In this document: positions 25,303 to 34,580 of the stretch, in pieces | How positions within the stretch are numbered: position 1 is the stretch's first letter | Layout: each line of letters begins with the position of its first letter | NCBI GenBank assembly: GCA_001780285.1 | Contig: MFGN01000001.1 | Location: 22 to 64,021 of the forward strand | Source: Candidatus Falkowbacteria bacterium RIFOXYD12_FULL_34_57 | GTDB taxonomy: Bacteria > Patescibacteriota > Patescibacteriia > Patescibacteriales > UBA12075 | DNA: 64,000 nt | Reading direction: 5' to 3' | The notes under the pieces: generated by a model | Databases searched by the model: none | What the model was told of the DNA's origin: nothing | The model's input: the letters and a program-made list of their open reading frames with translations, nothing else | Made by a program: the position numbers and the translations under genes

Positions 25303-26424
25303 ATGACCAAGGAAAAAATCATTGCGAACCGATCCGAGCTTATAAAAGCTCTGGGGCGTGTAAATGAATTATGTCGAAGATTAGAGGAAGCGGGAATGGT
25401 AATGGATAACGATCTGCAAGCTATTATTGATGACTCTGAACTGTGTACACGGTTTGTGAATTTATTACAAGCAAATAAATCCAAATCATCCCCTAAATCA
25501 CCTATCGTCAGCGACATTTTGTTTAAAGTAGCAAAGGGGATTGAAGCTCTGGAAAAAGAAGGTTTAACATTTAATGACCTGCAAATTCCGATTGATAACC
25601 CTGAAAAAAGAAAAGAGCTGATTAAGCTTTTGCAAAAAAGACACAAAAGTACCCCTTCAGAAAAAAAGTTCATTAAAAAGACAAAGGAAATAAAAATGGA
25701 TAATATAGGCGTGTTAGAAGAACATTCTTTGTGGTATAAGTACAAATCGCAGGTTTGGCTGGAAAAATCAAAACAAAATATCCTTGTACATAACATCATG
25801 AGAATGATTAGGGGAATTCACAATATCAGAGAATTGCATTATTATTCCGCACCAATTACATCCGGCATGGTCTTGTATAAACTTCGCCTTGAAAAACCAG
25901 AAGAAGATATTGGTAAATTAATCAGTCTGGCAATACCCATAAATCAACAAAAAAGCTATAAAAGATTTATGGAATATTGCAGAAAATTAAATTATCCCAG
26001 TATTTTCCCTCCGAGTTTAACTCCAATTAATATTGAAATGGAACAAACCCATTTCCAGGCCCTTTGGCTGAGCGTCATTGCGGAAAAATGCACAGATCAT
26101 CCTCTTGATACGGGATGGGAATTTTCCAACGGAGGCTGTGAAGAATTTGTACATAGCTGGCAGCTGAAGCTCGGCCTTCCTAGACATCCGAATCTTTTAT
26201 TTTTTAATACTAAAGAAGATGAGGAACTGTCCAGAATTAGAATGCGCAATATCAAAACTTATGACCACAAAGGTAATTATATTTCACTAAACGAAGGTTA
26301 CAAAAAAATGGAAAAATCCCTTTCCTGGATCCATGAAAACGGCTTTGAATCTCCAAAAATTGAAAATTGCCTTCATCTCCTGGAATGGACCGGAAATATG
26401 ATAGAAAAAGGATTTTACCAATAA
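25303..26424 (+). CDS. hypothetical two-domain protein; C-terminal half resembles the DUF4406 / nucleoside 2-deoxyribosyltransferase-like fold
   Basis: YYSAPITSG, YPSIFPP, LDTGWEFSNGGCEEFVHSWQLKLGLP resembles the (Y)ISGPITG...gW..S.Ga..E pattern. The N-terminal roughly 170 aa are unassigned. Confidence 0.55.
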   Translation: MTKEKIIANRSELIKALGRVNELCRRLEEAGMVMDNDLQAIIDDSELCTRFVNLLQANKSKSSPKSPIVSDILFKVAKGIEALEKEGLTFNDLQIPIDNPEKRKELIKLLQKRHKSTPSEKKFIKKTKEIKMDNIGVLEEHSLWYKYKSQVWLEKSKQNILVHNIMRMIRGIHNIRELHYYSAPITSGMVLYKLRLEKPEEDIGKLISLAIPINQQKSYKRFMEYCRKLNYPSIFPPSLTPINIEMEQTHFQALWLSVIAEKCTDHPLDTGWEFSNGGCEEFVHSWQLKLGLPRHPNLLFFNTKEDEELSRIRMRNIKTYDHKGNYISLNEGYKKMEKSLSWIHENGFESPKIENCLHLLEWTGNMIEKGFYQ

Positions 26425-26654
26425 TGCCTGAAGTATTCAAAGTATATCCAGGTTTTAATAAAAAAAAATTAAAAATTATAACCTTTTACGCCAAAGGCGG
26501 AAAAGAAAATCTGGAAGAATTAAGAGCTCTTGTTTACAAATATAAAAACAAAAATATCGGCATAAAAATGATAGGCAAAATAAGTATAATGAGCCATTTC
26601 GGCGAATTATTAATGATAAACAAAATACCATCCATACTTATCAAAACGAATTAA
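26424..26654 (+). CDS. hypothetical small protein (76 aa), thioredoxin-fold-like without CxxC
   Basis: Its ATG overlaps the upstream stop (TAATG). The pattern KIITFYAK...IPSILI looks beta-alpha-beta. The track start at 26367 would overlap the upstream CDS. Confidence 0.4.
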   Translation: MPEVFKVYPGFNKKKLKIITFYAKGGKENLEELRALVYKYKNKNIGIKMIGKISIMSHFGELLMINKIPSILIKTN

Positions 26655-26686
26655 AAAAAACAGAATCAAAAATGATTCTGTTTTTT
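26653..26686. terminator. bidirectional intrinsic terminator
   Basis: CAGAATC-N6-GATTCTG flanked by A8 and T6. Confidence 0.75.
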
Positions 26687-26745
26687 AATTTTATCTTTAA
26701 TGTTTTTATTTTGATTCAAATTTCTAATACAAAATTTCTTTATAA

Positions 26746-27210
26746 TCATTTTCCTTCTTCAAAATAAATTGCAGTATCTCTCTTTAGTGCGTCTAGGCAT
26801 TTCTGTAATCTTATACTTAATTTCTCACTTAATAGTGGTAACGCTTCGGAAATTTTCATAAATCTATATTCGATAATTTCTTTTCCGTCCAATCTAATCT
26901 TCTTAACCTCTCCTTCATTTAATCTTCCGCCAAAGAAAATGAATTGTAAACTTTCTCCTTTTTCGTCAATATTTGATGTGTACCCAACACATAAAAATCT
27001 TACCTCTTCTAAATTTATTCCAATTTCCTCTTTTACTTCTCTGATACACGCACCCCCGGGAGATTCATTTTTATCAACAACCCCGCCAACTATTGACCAG
27101 TGATTCTTATAACTAGGTTTTACAATAAGAATTTCATCATTTTCGTTCAAAATCAAGGCTCCGACACCCATTCGCTTTTTTGGTAAATTTTTATAATATT
27201 CACTGCTCAT
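26746..27210 (-). CDS. NUDIX hydrolase
   Basis: Nudix box GGVVDKNESPGGACIREVKEEIGI. Confidence 0.85.
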   Translation of the reverse strand: MSSEYYKNLPKKRMGVGALILNENDEILIVKPSYKNHWSIVGGVVDKNESPGGACIREVKEEIGINLEEVRFLCVGYTSNIDEKGESLQFIFFGGRLNEGEVKKIRLDGKEIIEYRFMKISEALPLLSEKLSIRLQKCLDALKRDTAIYFEEGK

Positions 27211-27235
27211 ATATTTTAATTTTCTTTATTGTGGG

Positions 27236-30025
27236 TTATTTTCCGCAACATTTCTTATATTTTTTTCCGGATCCACACGGACAAGAATCATTTCTTCCCA
27301 CCTTGATACCGTCTTCGTTTTTTAATTTTTTAGCTACCATATCTCTGGCGTTATTATCTTTAAGTCCTCCATCCATTGGTCCTGCGCCACTGGGCATTCC
27401 CGTTAATCCGGCAGGCAGGCCCGAGAAGGAAGATGTTCCTTTTTCCATTGTTTTTTGCGGTGCACTGAAACTGCTTATCCTGTCCGCAAGGCCAGGAGCC
27501 GCAAAACGGTGCATCTGCTCTTCGGCGGTAATTCCCAATTTATACACACCGTAAACAACTTCTTTTTGTATTAAACTATTAAGTTCGTTAAATAATCGAA
27601 ATGCCTCTTTTTTATATTCAACTAATGGGTCCCTCTGTCCATACCCCCGAAGACCTATCCCTTGACGCACAGAAGACATAGCTTCCAGATGCTCAATCCA
27701 CAAAGTATCAATAGAGCGAATCAAAATAGATTTTTCAATTTCCTTCCAATCTAAACCAATCTCCTCGGCTCTTTCTTTTATCTTCTTATACTTCCCCTTA
27801 GACAAATCCACTAGATACTCAATGATTTGGGTACGTGCCTTTGCTTTATCAAGTTTTCCGTTTTCGGCATATTGGTCCAAATTTTCTTTTATTTTTTCCT
27901 CTACTGTAAAAATGGTTGACACCACTTCTCTAATTTCCTCCAAATTCCAATCGGATATTTTATCTTGAGAAGTATGAAAACCAACCACTTGTTCAATTTC
28001 ATTTTCTACCATTCCCAACACAATATCAGATAAATCATCTTTTTCTTCCCGATTGTCTGCTTTATAAATAATATCAAACCTCTTTTTATAAATCGTTTCC
28101 CGATGCTTATTGATTACATCATCATATTCCACTAAGTGTTTTCGGATATCAAAATTATTTCCTTCCACCTTGGTTTGCGCTGATTCAATTGATTTGGATA
28201 TCAGCTTATTTTCAATCGGCATATCCTCCGGAACCCGGAGAGTGGTCATAATACTTTTCATGCGATCCCCGCCGAAAATCCGCATCAAGTCATCTTCGGC
28301 AGACACGAAAAACTGCGAAGATCCTGGATCGCCCATACGACCGGCGCGCCCGCGAAGCTGATTGTCAATTCGCCTGGACTCATGGCGTTCTGTGCCGATT
28401 ACATGTAGACCACCCAGTTCTAGTACTCTTTTCTGCTCCTCCTTGTTAACCGGATCTCCCCCTAGAATAATGTCCACTCCCCGACCAGCCATATTGGTGG
28501 CAATAGTAATCACACCCGGTTTTCCGGCCTGTGCAATCATCTTTGCTTCTTTTTCATGGTTTTTAGCGTTCAAAACCTGCGGCTGTAACCCATTTTGCTC
28601 CATAAATCGCGCTAAAAGCTCATTTTTTTCAATGGATACTGTACCAATTAAAACTGGTTGTCCTTTTTCATGTCTTTCTTTAACATTCTGAATAATTGCT
28701 TTGAATTTTCCAATTTCAGATTTATATATTAAATCATTGAAATCTTTTCTAATGTTTGGTTTGTGCGTGGGAATAATCACGGTTTCCAAATTATAAATCT
28801 TAGAAAATTCCTCGGCTTCAGTTGCTGCTGTTCCAGTCATACCAGCAAGTTTTTCGTACATTCTAAAATAATTTTGAAAAGTAATGGTAGCGAGTGTCTC
28901 TGATTCTCTTTGTATCTTTACACCCTCCTTGGCTTCAATAGCCTGATGCAAACCCTCACTATAGCGCCTGCCATGCATTAGTCTTCCCGTAAATTCATCA
29001 ACAATTATTACCTCTCCATCCTTAACTACATAATCCCGATCATATTTAAAAAGAACCTGCGCCTTTAAGGCTTGCTCTATGTGATGTACTTCCCGCACCC
29101 CTCCGGTAGTATAGATATTATCAACACCTAGCCATTTTTCCATTTTTGATATTCCCTCATCGGTTAGGGTGGCCGCTCTCATTTTTTCATCAATATTATA
29201 ATCTTCATTTTCCTTAAGCCTTCCCACTAGTTGCATGAATTTATTATACTTATCAGTGGATTCTTCTGCTGGCGCGCTAATAATCAAGGGGGTACGAGCT
29301 TCATCAATCAAAATAGAATCAACCTCATCCACAATCGCATAATACAATTTTCTTTGAGCCATTTTCTCTAAACTTGGCACCATATTGTCGCGCAAATAAT
29401 CAAAACCGAATTCATTGTTAGTGCCGTATAAAATATCGCAGGCGTAAGCTTCTTTTCTGGAAACAGGTCGAAAATGCTTTAATCTTTTATCATACTGAGA
29501 ATCATCTATAAATTCCGGATCATACTGCAAAGCGGAGTCATGAATCAAAACTCCGGTAGTAAGCCCCAATAGGTGATAAACCGGTGCCATCCATCCGGCG
29601 CCTACGCGCGCCAAATAATCGTTTACTGTAATTAGTTGCACCCCCTCGCCGGTTAAAGCATTTAAATAAAGCGGCGTGGTGGCCACCAAGGTTTTTCCCT
29701 CCCCCGTCTTCATTTCCGCGATCTGTCCGCGATGCAAAACTATCCCACCAATCAGCTGTACATCATAATGGCGTTGTCCCAAGACTCTTTTCGCGGCCTC
29801 TCTTACAGACGCAAAGGCTTCCGGCAATATTTCATCCAAGATTTCCCCTCTCTTATCTGTGTTATTTTTTAATTTTTCCTGCCATTTTCTGGTTTTTTCT
29901 TTCAACTCCTCATCTTTTAACTTCTCCAAACCTTCTTCAAAACTATTAATTTTGTCAATTACGGTCTGCATAGACTTCACAATCTTCTCATTTGGATCTC
30001 CGAATATTTTACTTAAAAATTTCAT
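27236..30025 (-). CDS. secA: preprotein translocase ATPase SecA
   Basis: Motifs MKTGEGKTLV, DEVDSILIDEARTPLIIS and TNMAGRGVDI, plus the C-terminal zinc motif CPCGSGKKYKKCCG. Confidence 0.98.
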   Translation of the reverse strand: MKFLSKIFGDPNEKIVKSMQTVIDKINSFEEGLEKLKDEELKEKTRKWQEKLKNNTDKRGEILDEILPEAFASVREAAKRVLGQRHYDVQLIGGIVLHRGQIAEMKTGEGKTLVATTPLYLNALTGEGVQLITVNDYLARVGAGWMAPVYHLLGLTTGVLIHDSALQYDPEFIDDSQYDKRLKHFRPVSRKEAYACDILYGTNNEFGFDYLRDNMVPSLEKMAQRKLYYAIVDEVDSILIDEARTPLIISAPAEESTDKYNKFMQLVGRLKENEDYNIDEKMRAATLTDEGISKMEKWLGVDNIYTTGGVREVHHIEQALKAQVLFKYDRDYVVKDGEVIIVDEFTGRLMHGRRYSEGLHQAIEAKEGVKIQRESETLATITFQNYFRMYEKLAGMTGTAATEAEEFSKIYNLETVIIPTHKPNIRKDFNDLIYKSEIGKFKAIIQNVKERHEKGQPVLIGTVSIEKNELLARFMEQNGLQPQVLNAKNHEKEAKMIAQAGKPGVITIATNMAGRGVDIILGGDPVNKEEQKRVLELGGLHVIGTERHESRRIDNQLRGRAGRMGDPGSSQFFVSAEDDLMRIFGGDRMKSIMTTLRVPEDMPIENKLISKSIESAQTKVEGNNFDIRKHLVEYDDVINKHRETIYKKRFDIIYKADNREEKDDLSDIVLGMVENEIEQVVGFHTSQDKISDWNLEEIREVVSTIFTVEEKIKENLDQYAENGKLDKAKARTQIIEYLVDLSKGKYKKIKERAEEIGLDWKEIEKSILIRSIDTLWIEHLEAMSSVRQGIGLRGYGQRDPLVEYKKEAFRLFNELNSLIQKEVVYGVYKLGITAEEQMHRFAAPGLADRISSFSAPQKTMEKGTSSFSGLPAGLTGMPSGAGPMDGGLKDNNARDMVAKKLKNEDGIKVGRNDSCPCGSGKKYKKCCGK

Positions 30026-30080
30026 AAACTTCTCATAACTCGTAACGCATAGCTCATAACAAGCACTTTTGTTATTATGG

Positions 30081-30163
30081 GTATCAACGAAAAATCTTAT
30101 TAAAACGCGCTAACTAATCCTAATTTCAAGAGAGTCTTCGTCTTTTTCGCTCCCCAGAATAAC
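30081..30163. repeat. degenerate copy of the GTCATTCTGA hairpin repeat (right arm recognisable)
   Basis: gagtcttcgtctttttcgctccccagaataac aligns with the right arm of copy 2. The left arm has decayed. Confidence 0.5.
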
Positions 30164-30194
30164 ATCAGAGAGTAATACGCAACGAATAAAATAC

Positions 30195-30215
30195 TAAAAA
30201 ACACGCAAAAGCGTG
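30195..30215 (-). terminator. intrinsic terminator after the hpf-methyltransferase pair
   Basis: Minus strand CACGC-TTTT-GCGTG followed by TTTTTT. Confidence 0.65.
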
Positions 30216-30318
30216 AATATTAAGTTATGTCTGCATTATAAATCGTTTTTAGCTAAAAATCAAGGCTGAATTATTTTAACAAAACAGCGTTCACATACAT
30301 TAATAATATCAGTATTTA

Positions 30319-31002
30319 CTATAATTTTTGCATATAAACAACCCAAAAATTTCTTTTATAACTTTGTCCTTGAAATTTTGTATAACTTGATTTTTTGTCT
30401 AATTTTAAAATCTTAAAATTTTTTCCGTATAACACATAAACATCTTCTTTGGTAAATACTCGTTCTACAAAACCTGTCTCCGGCATAATATAGGTATTTT
30501 TTTCTTTTCCTGGAAATTCTTTTAATAATTTTTTAGCGTTCTTGTCTCCCTCCAGGCGTAGTGTCCGCAGTCCCAGATAGCCGCCCAGTTTTAATACTCT
30601 GGAGATTTCTTTCAAATATATTTCTCTCTCTTTATCATTTAAGGCATTAGAAGAAGTAAAATCTATTATTACATCAAAACTATTGTCTTCCCAATTATAT
30701 TTCTCTCCTATGTTCTCCACTGCATACTTTACTACTAAATTTTCTTTTTGAGCTCTATTTTTGGCGATTTTAATCGCTGTCGGAGAAATATCCATACCGC
30801 TCACTTCCGCCCCAAGGGAAGCTAAATAATTTGCATTTCTCCCGGTGCCACATCCTAGATCTAAAACTTTCAAATTATCAAAACCTACTCCTTCTTTTTT
30901 TAAAAACCGAAAAAACCGCAATGCAAAAGATTGCGGTTTATTGCTCTTAGTAACTAGTTTGGAATCTTGGTATTCACACTCCCAATAATTAACTGAATTC
31001 AT
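30319..31002 (-). CDS. class I SAM-dependent methyltransferase
   Basis: Motif I VLDLGCGTGRNANYL. There is a 4-nt overlap with hpf. Confidence 0.85.
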   Translation of the reverse strand: MNSVNYWECEYQDSKLVTKSNKPQSFALRFFRFLKKEGVGFDNLKVLDLGCGTGRNANYLASLGAEVSGMDISPTAIKIAKNRAQKENLVVKYAVENIGEKYNWEDNSFDVIIDFTSSNALNDKEREIYLKEISRVLKLGGYLGLRTLRLEGDKNAKKLLKEFPGKEKNTYIMPETGFVERVFTKEDVYVLYGKNFKILKLDKKSSYTKFQGQSYKRNFWVVYMQKL

Positions 31003-31325
31003 TTTTGTTTTCTCTTTGCATCTTGAATTTTTTCTTTGTACTTTTTTACAGATCTGGCTAAATGGTCTTTTACTTTATCAATAGCCTTGAATAAATCTTT
31101 TTCCGTCTTTTCTACACGAAGCATCTCTCTTGGCACTTGCAGGTTTACCTCCGCCCTATAAACATCTCCTGATTTTTGACTAGGAAGAGTCTTTTCGATC
31201 TCTACATCACAATGCAAAACCTGCACATCACCCAAATATTTATCAAGCATATTCATTTTGAGCTGAACATAATCATTGATCTTGGGTGTTAATTTAATTT
31301 TCGTTCCTTTGATCTTAATTTTCAT
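30999..31325 (-). CDS. hpf: ribosome hibernation promoting factor (short HPF/RaiA type)
   Basis: The pattern I.G..I.LT..I..YV..K...L.KY is followed by RAEVNLQVP and AIDKVKDHLARSVKKYKEK. Confidence 0.85.
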   Translation of the reverse strand: MKIKIKGTKIKLTPKINDYVQLKMNMLDKYLGDVQVLHCDVEIEKTLPSQKSGDVYRAEVNLQVPREMLRVEKTEKDLFKAIDKVKDHLARSVKKYKEKIQDAKRKQK

Positions 31326-31408
31326 ATATTTGTATTATTTAACATTTTTATATTTAATTTAATTAATATATAAATAAATTAACCATAACTCATGCAAACA
31401 TTTTATTT

Positions 31409-32575
31409 TTAAAAAAGACTCAAAAATGCATGCCAAAGCGACACGAATTTATCTCCATATCTAGCTATATCTTTGAAGGTGACAAATACCACCAAAATCA
31501 TCAAAAGCACAAAACCAATATAATGAACCATTGCCTCTACTTCTTTTTTTACCGGACCCCCTTTAAATTTCTCAATAATCAAAAATAATATTCTTCCTCC
31601 ATCCAACGCCGGAAAAGGAAGCGCGTTAATAATCGCCAAATTCATAGAAAGAATTGCGGTAAACTGTAAAAAATAAACAAATCCCATGCGAGCAAATTGT
31701 CCGGTTAAAACCGCTATCCCAACAGGTCCTGAAATATCCGCGCCCACCCCCGCTCCCATTATCAAACCTTTAATCATTTCATAAAAAGCAAAAAGTATAG
31801 CTAAAATAAAAATAATAGTGGTCTTGATTCCGTACCAAATAGCCAAATGAACCGGATACTTAACTAAACCAATATCAGCCATACCAATCCCAATTCCGGG
31901 AAGCCCGGTTTCTTCCATTATTTCCGGCACTATCTTTTTTTCTATTTCCACATTTCCCCTGCGGATTATTAAACTTAACTCTTGCCCATCTTTTTCTTTT
32001 ATATAATTTTGAAATTCTTCGCTAACATTAATTTTCTGTGTATCAACAGATACAATCATGTCCCCCATTCTAATATCAGCATCTTTAGCAGGCGTTTCTT
32101 TGACCACTGCCACTATTTGAATCTGCCTATTACTGATTTTAGCATGACTACTAACGCCCTCAATCCCCTGCGGAAGTCCGACCATAAAACCAAAAGAGAT
32201 CAAGATAGCGGCTAAAACCACATTCATTGAAACTCCGGCAAGAAGTATCATAGCCCTCTGCCAAATGGGCTTGCTGTTAAAATGATTAGGATTTCCGCCC
32301 GCCTCATCGTCTTCTCCTAGCTTTACAAACCCTCCAAGAGGCACCCAATTAACAGAATAAATGGTATCATCAGCGTCTTTCACGCTCTTGTTGCCTTTTA
32401 CCTTTTTCCATTTGCCATTTTTATCCCTATAAACACCAAATGCTCTAGGTGGCAAACCAAAACCAAATTCTTCCGGCTTTAGATCAAATTTCTTTGCCAT
32501 CCAAAAATGCCCAAATTCATGCACGAACACCAAAATAGATAAAAGAAAAACAAATGATATAATTGTTATAAACAT
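31409..32575 (-). CDS. rseP: RIP metalloprotease RseP (site-2 protease, M50, with PDZ)
   Basis: HEFGHFWMAK and a PDZ-like ADIRMGDMIVSV, plus the C-terminal NLAIINALPFPALDGG. Start moved to 32575 because the track N-terminus translates a tandem repeat. Confidence 0.9.
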   Translation of the reverse strand: MFITIISFVFLLSILVFVHEFGHFWMAKKFDLKPEEFGFGLPPRAFGVYRDKNGKWKKVKGNKSVKDADDTIYSVNWVPLGGFVKLGEDDEAGGNPNHFNSKPIWQRAMILLAGVSMNVVLAAILISFGFMVGLPQGIEGVSSHAKISNRQIQIVAVVKETPAKDADIRMGDMIVSVDTQKINVSEEFQNYIKEKDGQELSLIIRRGNVEIEKKIVPEIMEETGLPGIGIGMADIGLVKYPVHLAIWYGIKTTIIFILAILFAFYEMIKGLIMGAGVGADISGPVGIAVLTGQFARMGFVYFLQFTAILSMNLAIINALPFPALDGGRILFLIIEKFKGGPVKKEVEAMVHYIGFVLLMILVVFVTFKDIARYGDKFVSLWHAFLSLF

Positions 32576-32579
32576 AATA

Positions 32580-32613
32580 AAAATGCAAAAATCAAAATGC
32601 AAAAATCAAAATG
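32580..32613. repeat. tandem 14-mer (AAAATGCAAAAATC)x2 + partial, in the rseP leader
   Basis: Read directly from the sequence. It begins 5 nt upstream of the rseP ATG. Confidence 0.8.
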
Positions 32614-32649
32614 ACTTTAAACTTTTCAATCAGCAATAATTTACTTAAT

Positions 32650-32685
32650 ATTCTTAAATATCACAAAATTCTTAAATATCACAAA
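32650..32685. repeat. perfect tandem 18-mer (ATTCTTAAATATCACAAA)x2
   Basis: Read directly from the sequence, in the frr-rseP intergenic region. Confidence 0.85.
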
Positions 32686-32788
32686 GCGATTCCGGACTTT
32701 TAACTTTTCAGTCATTAATTAAAATAATGAATAATTAATCCGCCCCGTTATGCCCGCCTTGGGCTGATGGCGGAATAAGTTTTGAACT

Positions 32789-33343
32789 TTAAATCGTCAT
32801 TATCTCCGCTTCTTTTTTTTCTCTTATTTCCTTTATTTCATTATTACGCTTTGTAATCTCCTCATCTAACTCCTTGATATACTTAAATTTTTCATCCTCT
32901 GTTACGGCTTTTTCTTTTTCTTCTTGCTCTATTTTAGTTTTAATTTCATCTCTTATCTGTCTAAAAGAAATTCTGGCTTGTTCGTATTTTTCGTTCAATT
33001 TTTTTACCAGATCTTTGCGATTTTCTTCAGTCATTCTAGGAACTGTCACCCTAATCTGCCCCCCCTCATTTACCACACTAACTCCGAGATCGGCTTCAAT
33101 AATCGCTTTTTCTATCTCTTTTATTATATTCTTGTCCCACGGGGCAATGGTAATACTTTGCCCGTCAGCCACATTAATAGCAGCCACCCCATTAAGCGGC
33201 GTTCTCACGCCATAAGCACTGACAACTACCGCATCAAATATATTTGGATTTGCTCTACCGGTTCTAAGTGAACCGATTTCTTTTTTGAAAAATTCAATAG
33301 TTTTTTCAAATTCCCCCTTTTTAGCTTCAATATATTGGTTCAT
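32789..33343 (-). CDS. frr: ribosome recycling factor
   Basis: Motifs LRTGRANPNIFD, ITIAPWDKN and RISFRQIRDE. Start moved to MNQYIEAKK at 33343. Confidence 0.93.
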   Translation of the reverse strand: MNQYIEAKKGEFEKTIEFFKKEIGSLRTGRANPNIFDAVVVSAYGVRTPLNGVAAINVADGQSITIAPWDKNIIKEIEKAIIEADLGVSVVNEGGQIRVTVPRMTEENRKDLVKKLNEKYEQARISFRQIRDEIKTKIEQEEKEKAVTEDEKFKYIKELDEEITKRNNEIKEIREKKEAEIMTI

Positions 33344-33420
33344 ATGATTTAAACATTTTAATATTAATAATTTATTATATAAATTTGCATAATACAAATT
33401 CATTATATTCGTATTATTAT

Positions 33421-34500
33421 TTATTTTTTCTCAAAACCTTTTACCCCCATATATATAATGTTGGGGTCTGTTGGGTCGATCAGGAGCGCCCATCCGGCTT
33501 TAGTTGTTGGCAGTTTCTTAGTAGCCCAATTTTGTCCGCCATCTTGAGATCTAAAAAATGTGGTATTGGTAACATAGTATATTTCATTCGGATTCTTTTC
33601 ATTTATAGCTATGGCGTTAATAGTGGCTTTTTTCTCGGGTGGAATTAATTCAATTTTTTCCCAATTATTTCCGCCATCGCTTGATTTAATCAAACCATAG
33701 AAAGTAGCTACGAAAATTTTTTCTTCTTCTGATTTCGTAACCACAAAATCCTTGATATCGTTTGATAATTTTAATTCCTTCATTTTATCTTGCAAACTAT
33801 TAAATTCTTCCCAATTTTCTCCTCCGTCAATTGTTTTAAAAACCTGAGTACTGGTAACCACATACATCTTTCTGCTGTCATTTGGATTAATAATCATCTT
33901 TTGAACACCCCCCTTAATCCTGGTGATGGTTTGCCAATCCTGTCCACCATTACTGCTCTTTACTACATCCCCCCGAGATATAAGAATATAAACATTGGAA
34001 CTGTTATACTGGTCAACAACAACATGAACAACTTTCGCGGCCACATCATTGTCATAATAAACCTGCGACCAACTACGATTACAATCTGTTGATTTATACA
34101 ACCTGTTTCCAATCGCCGCATAAATGGTACACTTAAAACTCGGATCAATAGCTATTGATTTGATAGTAGCTTGAATTAGTTTGCCCGCAGGCTGCCAACC
34201 CTCTCCTCCATTATAAGAGTAAAGCAATCCATTTGCTTCACTGCCAAAATATACGGCTTTTTCGTCACTGGGATCAATAATCATTGATGATACACTCATT
34301 CCGGCAAAACTACCCGGTTTGCCCGATGTGGTTGGAATTAAAACCTTTTGCTGCCAGGTATCCCCTTTATTAAAAGTTTTAAAAATTCCCCCATCAACAT
34401 TGGATGTGTCTTTGGTGGATTTAACACTAACACATCCGCTCGTTACAAATAAAATACTAATTAATAAGAACAAGAATGAAATTTTTTTTATTTGGTGCAT
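33421..34500 (-). CDS. BNR/Asp-box repeat beta-propeller lipoprotein (Ycf48/sialidase-like fold)
   Basis: Lipobox VTSGC. About seven S-x-D-G-G-x-x-W-type repeats (SNGGQDWQ, IDGGENWE, SDGGNNWE, QDGGQNWA and others). Confidence 0.75.
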   Translation of the reverse strand: MHQIKKISFLFLLISILFVTSGCVSVKSTKDTSNVDGGIFKTFNKGDTWQQKVLIPTTSGKPGSFAGMSVSSMIIDPSDEKAVYFGSEANGLLYSYNGGEGWQPAGKLIQATIKSIAIDPSFKCTIYAAIGNRLYKSTDCNRSWSQVYYDNDVAAKVVHVVVDQYNSSNVYILISRGDVVKSSNGGQDWQTITRIKGGVQKMIINPNDSRKMYVVTSTQVFKTIDGGENWEEFNSLQDKMKELKLSNDIKDFVVTKSEEEKIFVATFYGLIKSSDGGNNWEKIELIPPEKKATINAIAINEKNPNEIYYVTNTTFFRSQDGGQNWATKKLPTTKAGWALLIDPTDPNIIYMGVKGFEKK

Positions 34501-34580
34501 ATGTTTTTAAAAGTATATTGCGCGCCCCTATTCCAACAAGGGAAGGTGGGAAGCATGTCAAATGCGTTATTTTAGTATTT

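Noticed and set aside
25272-25799. 175-aa minus-strand ORF antisense to the 25303 gene.
   Set aside because: It overlaps the better-supported plus-strand gene (which has a promoter, strong SD and recognisable domain). Its product is F/S/L/C-rich, typical of an antisense shadow in AT-rich DNA.
32576-32602. Longer N-termini offered by the ORF track (rseP 32602, frr 33403, htrA 2504, DUF3467 4510, IMPase 10404 and 22047, 17994, 19791, 40168, 55468, 58141, 25002).
   Set aside because: The extensions translate leader repeats or hairpins, lack an RBS, precede an obvious signal peptide or conserved N-terminus, or overlap the upstream gene. Downstream ATGs fit the family N-termini better.
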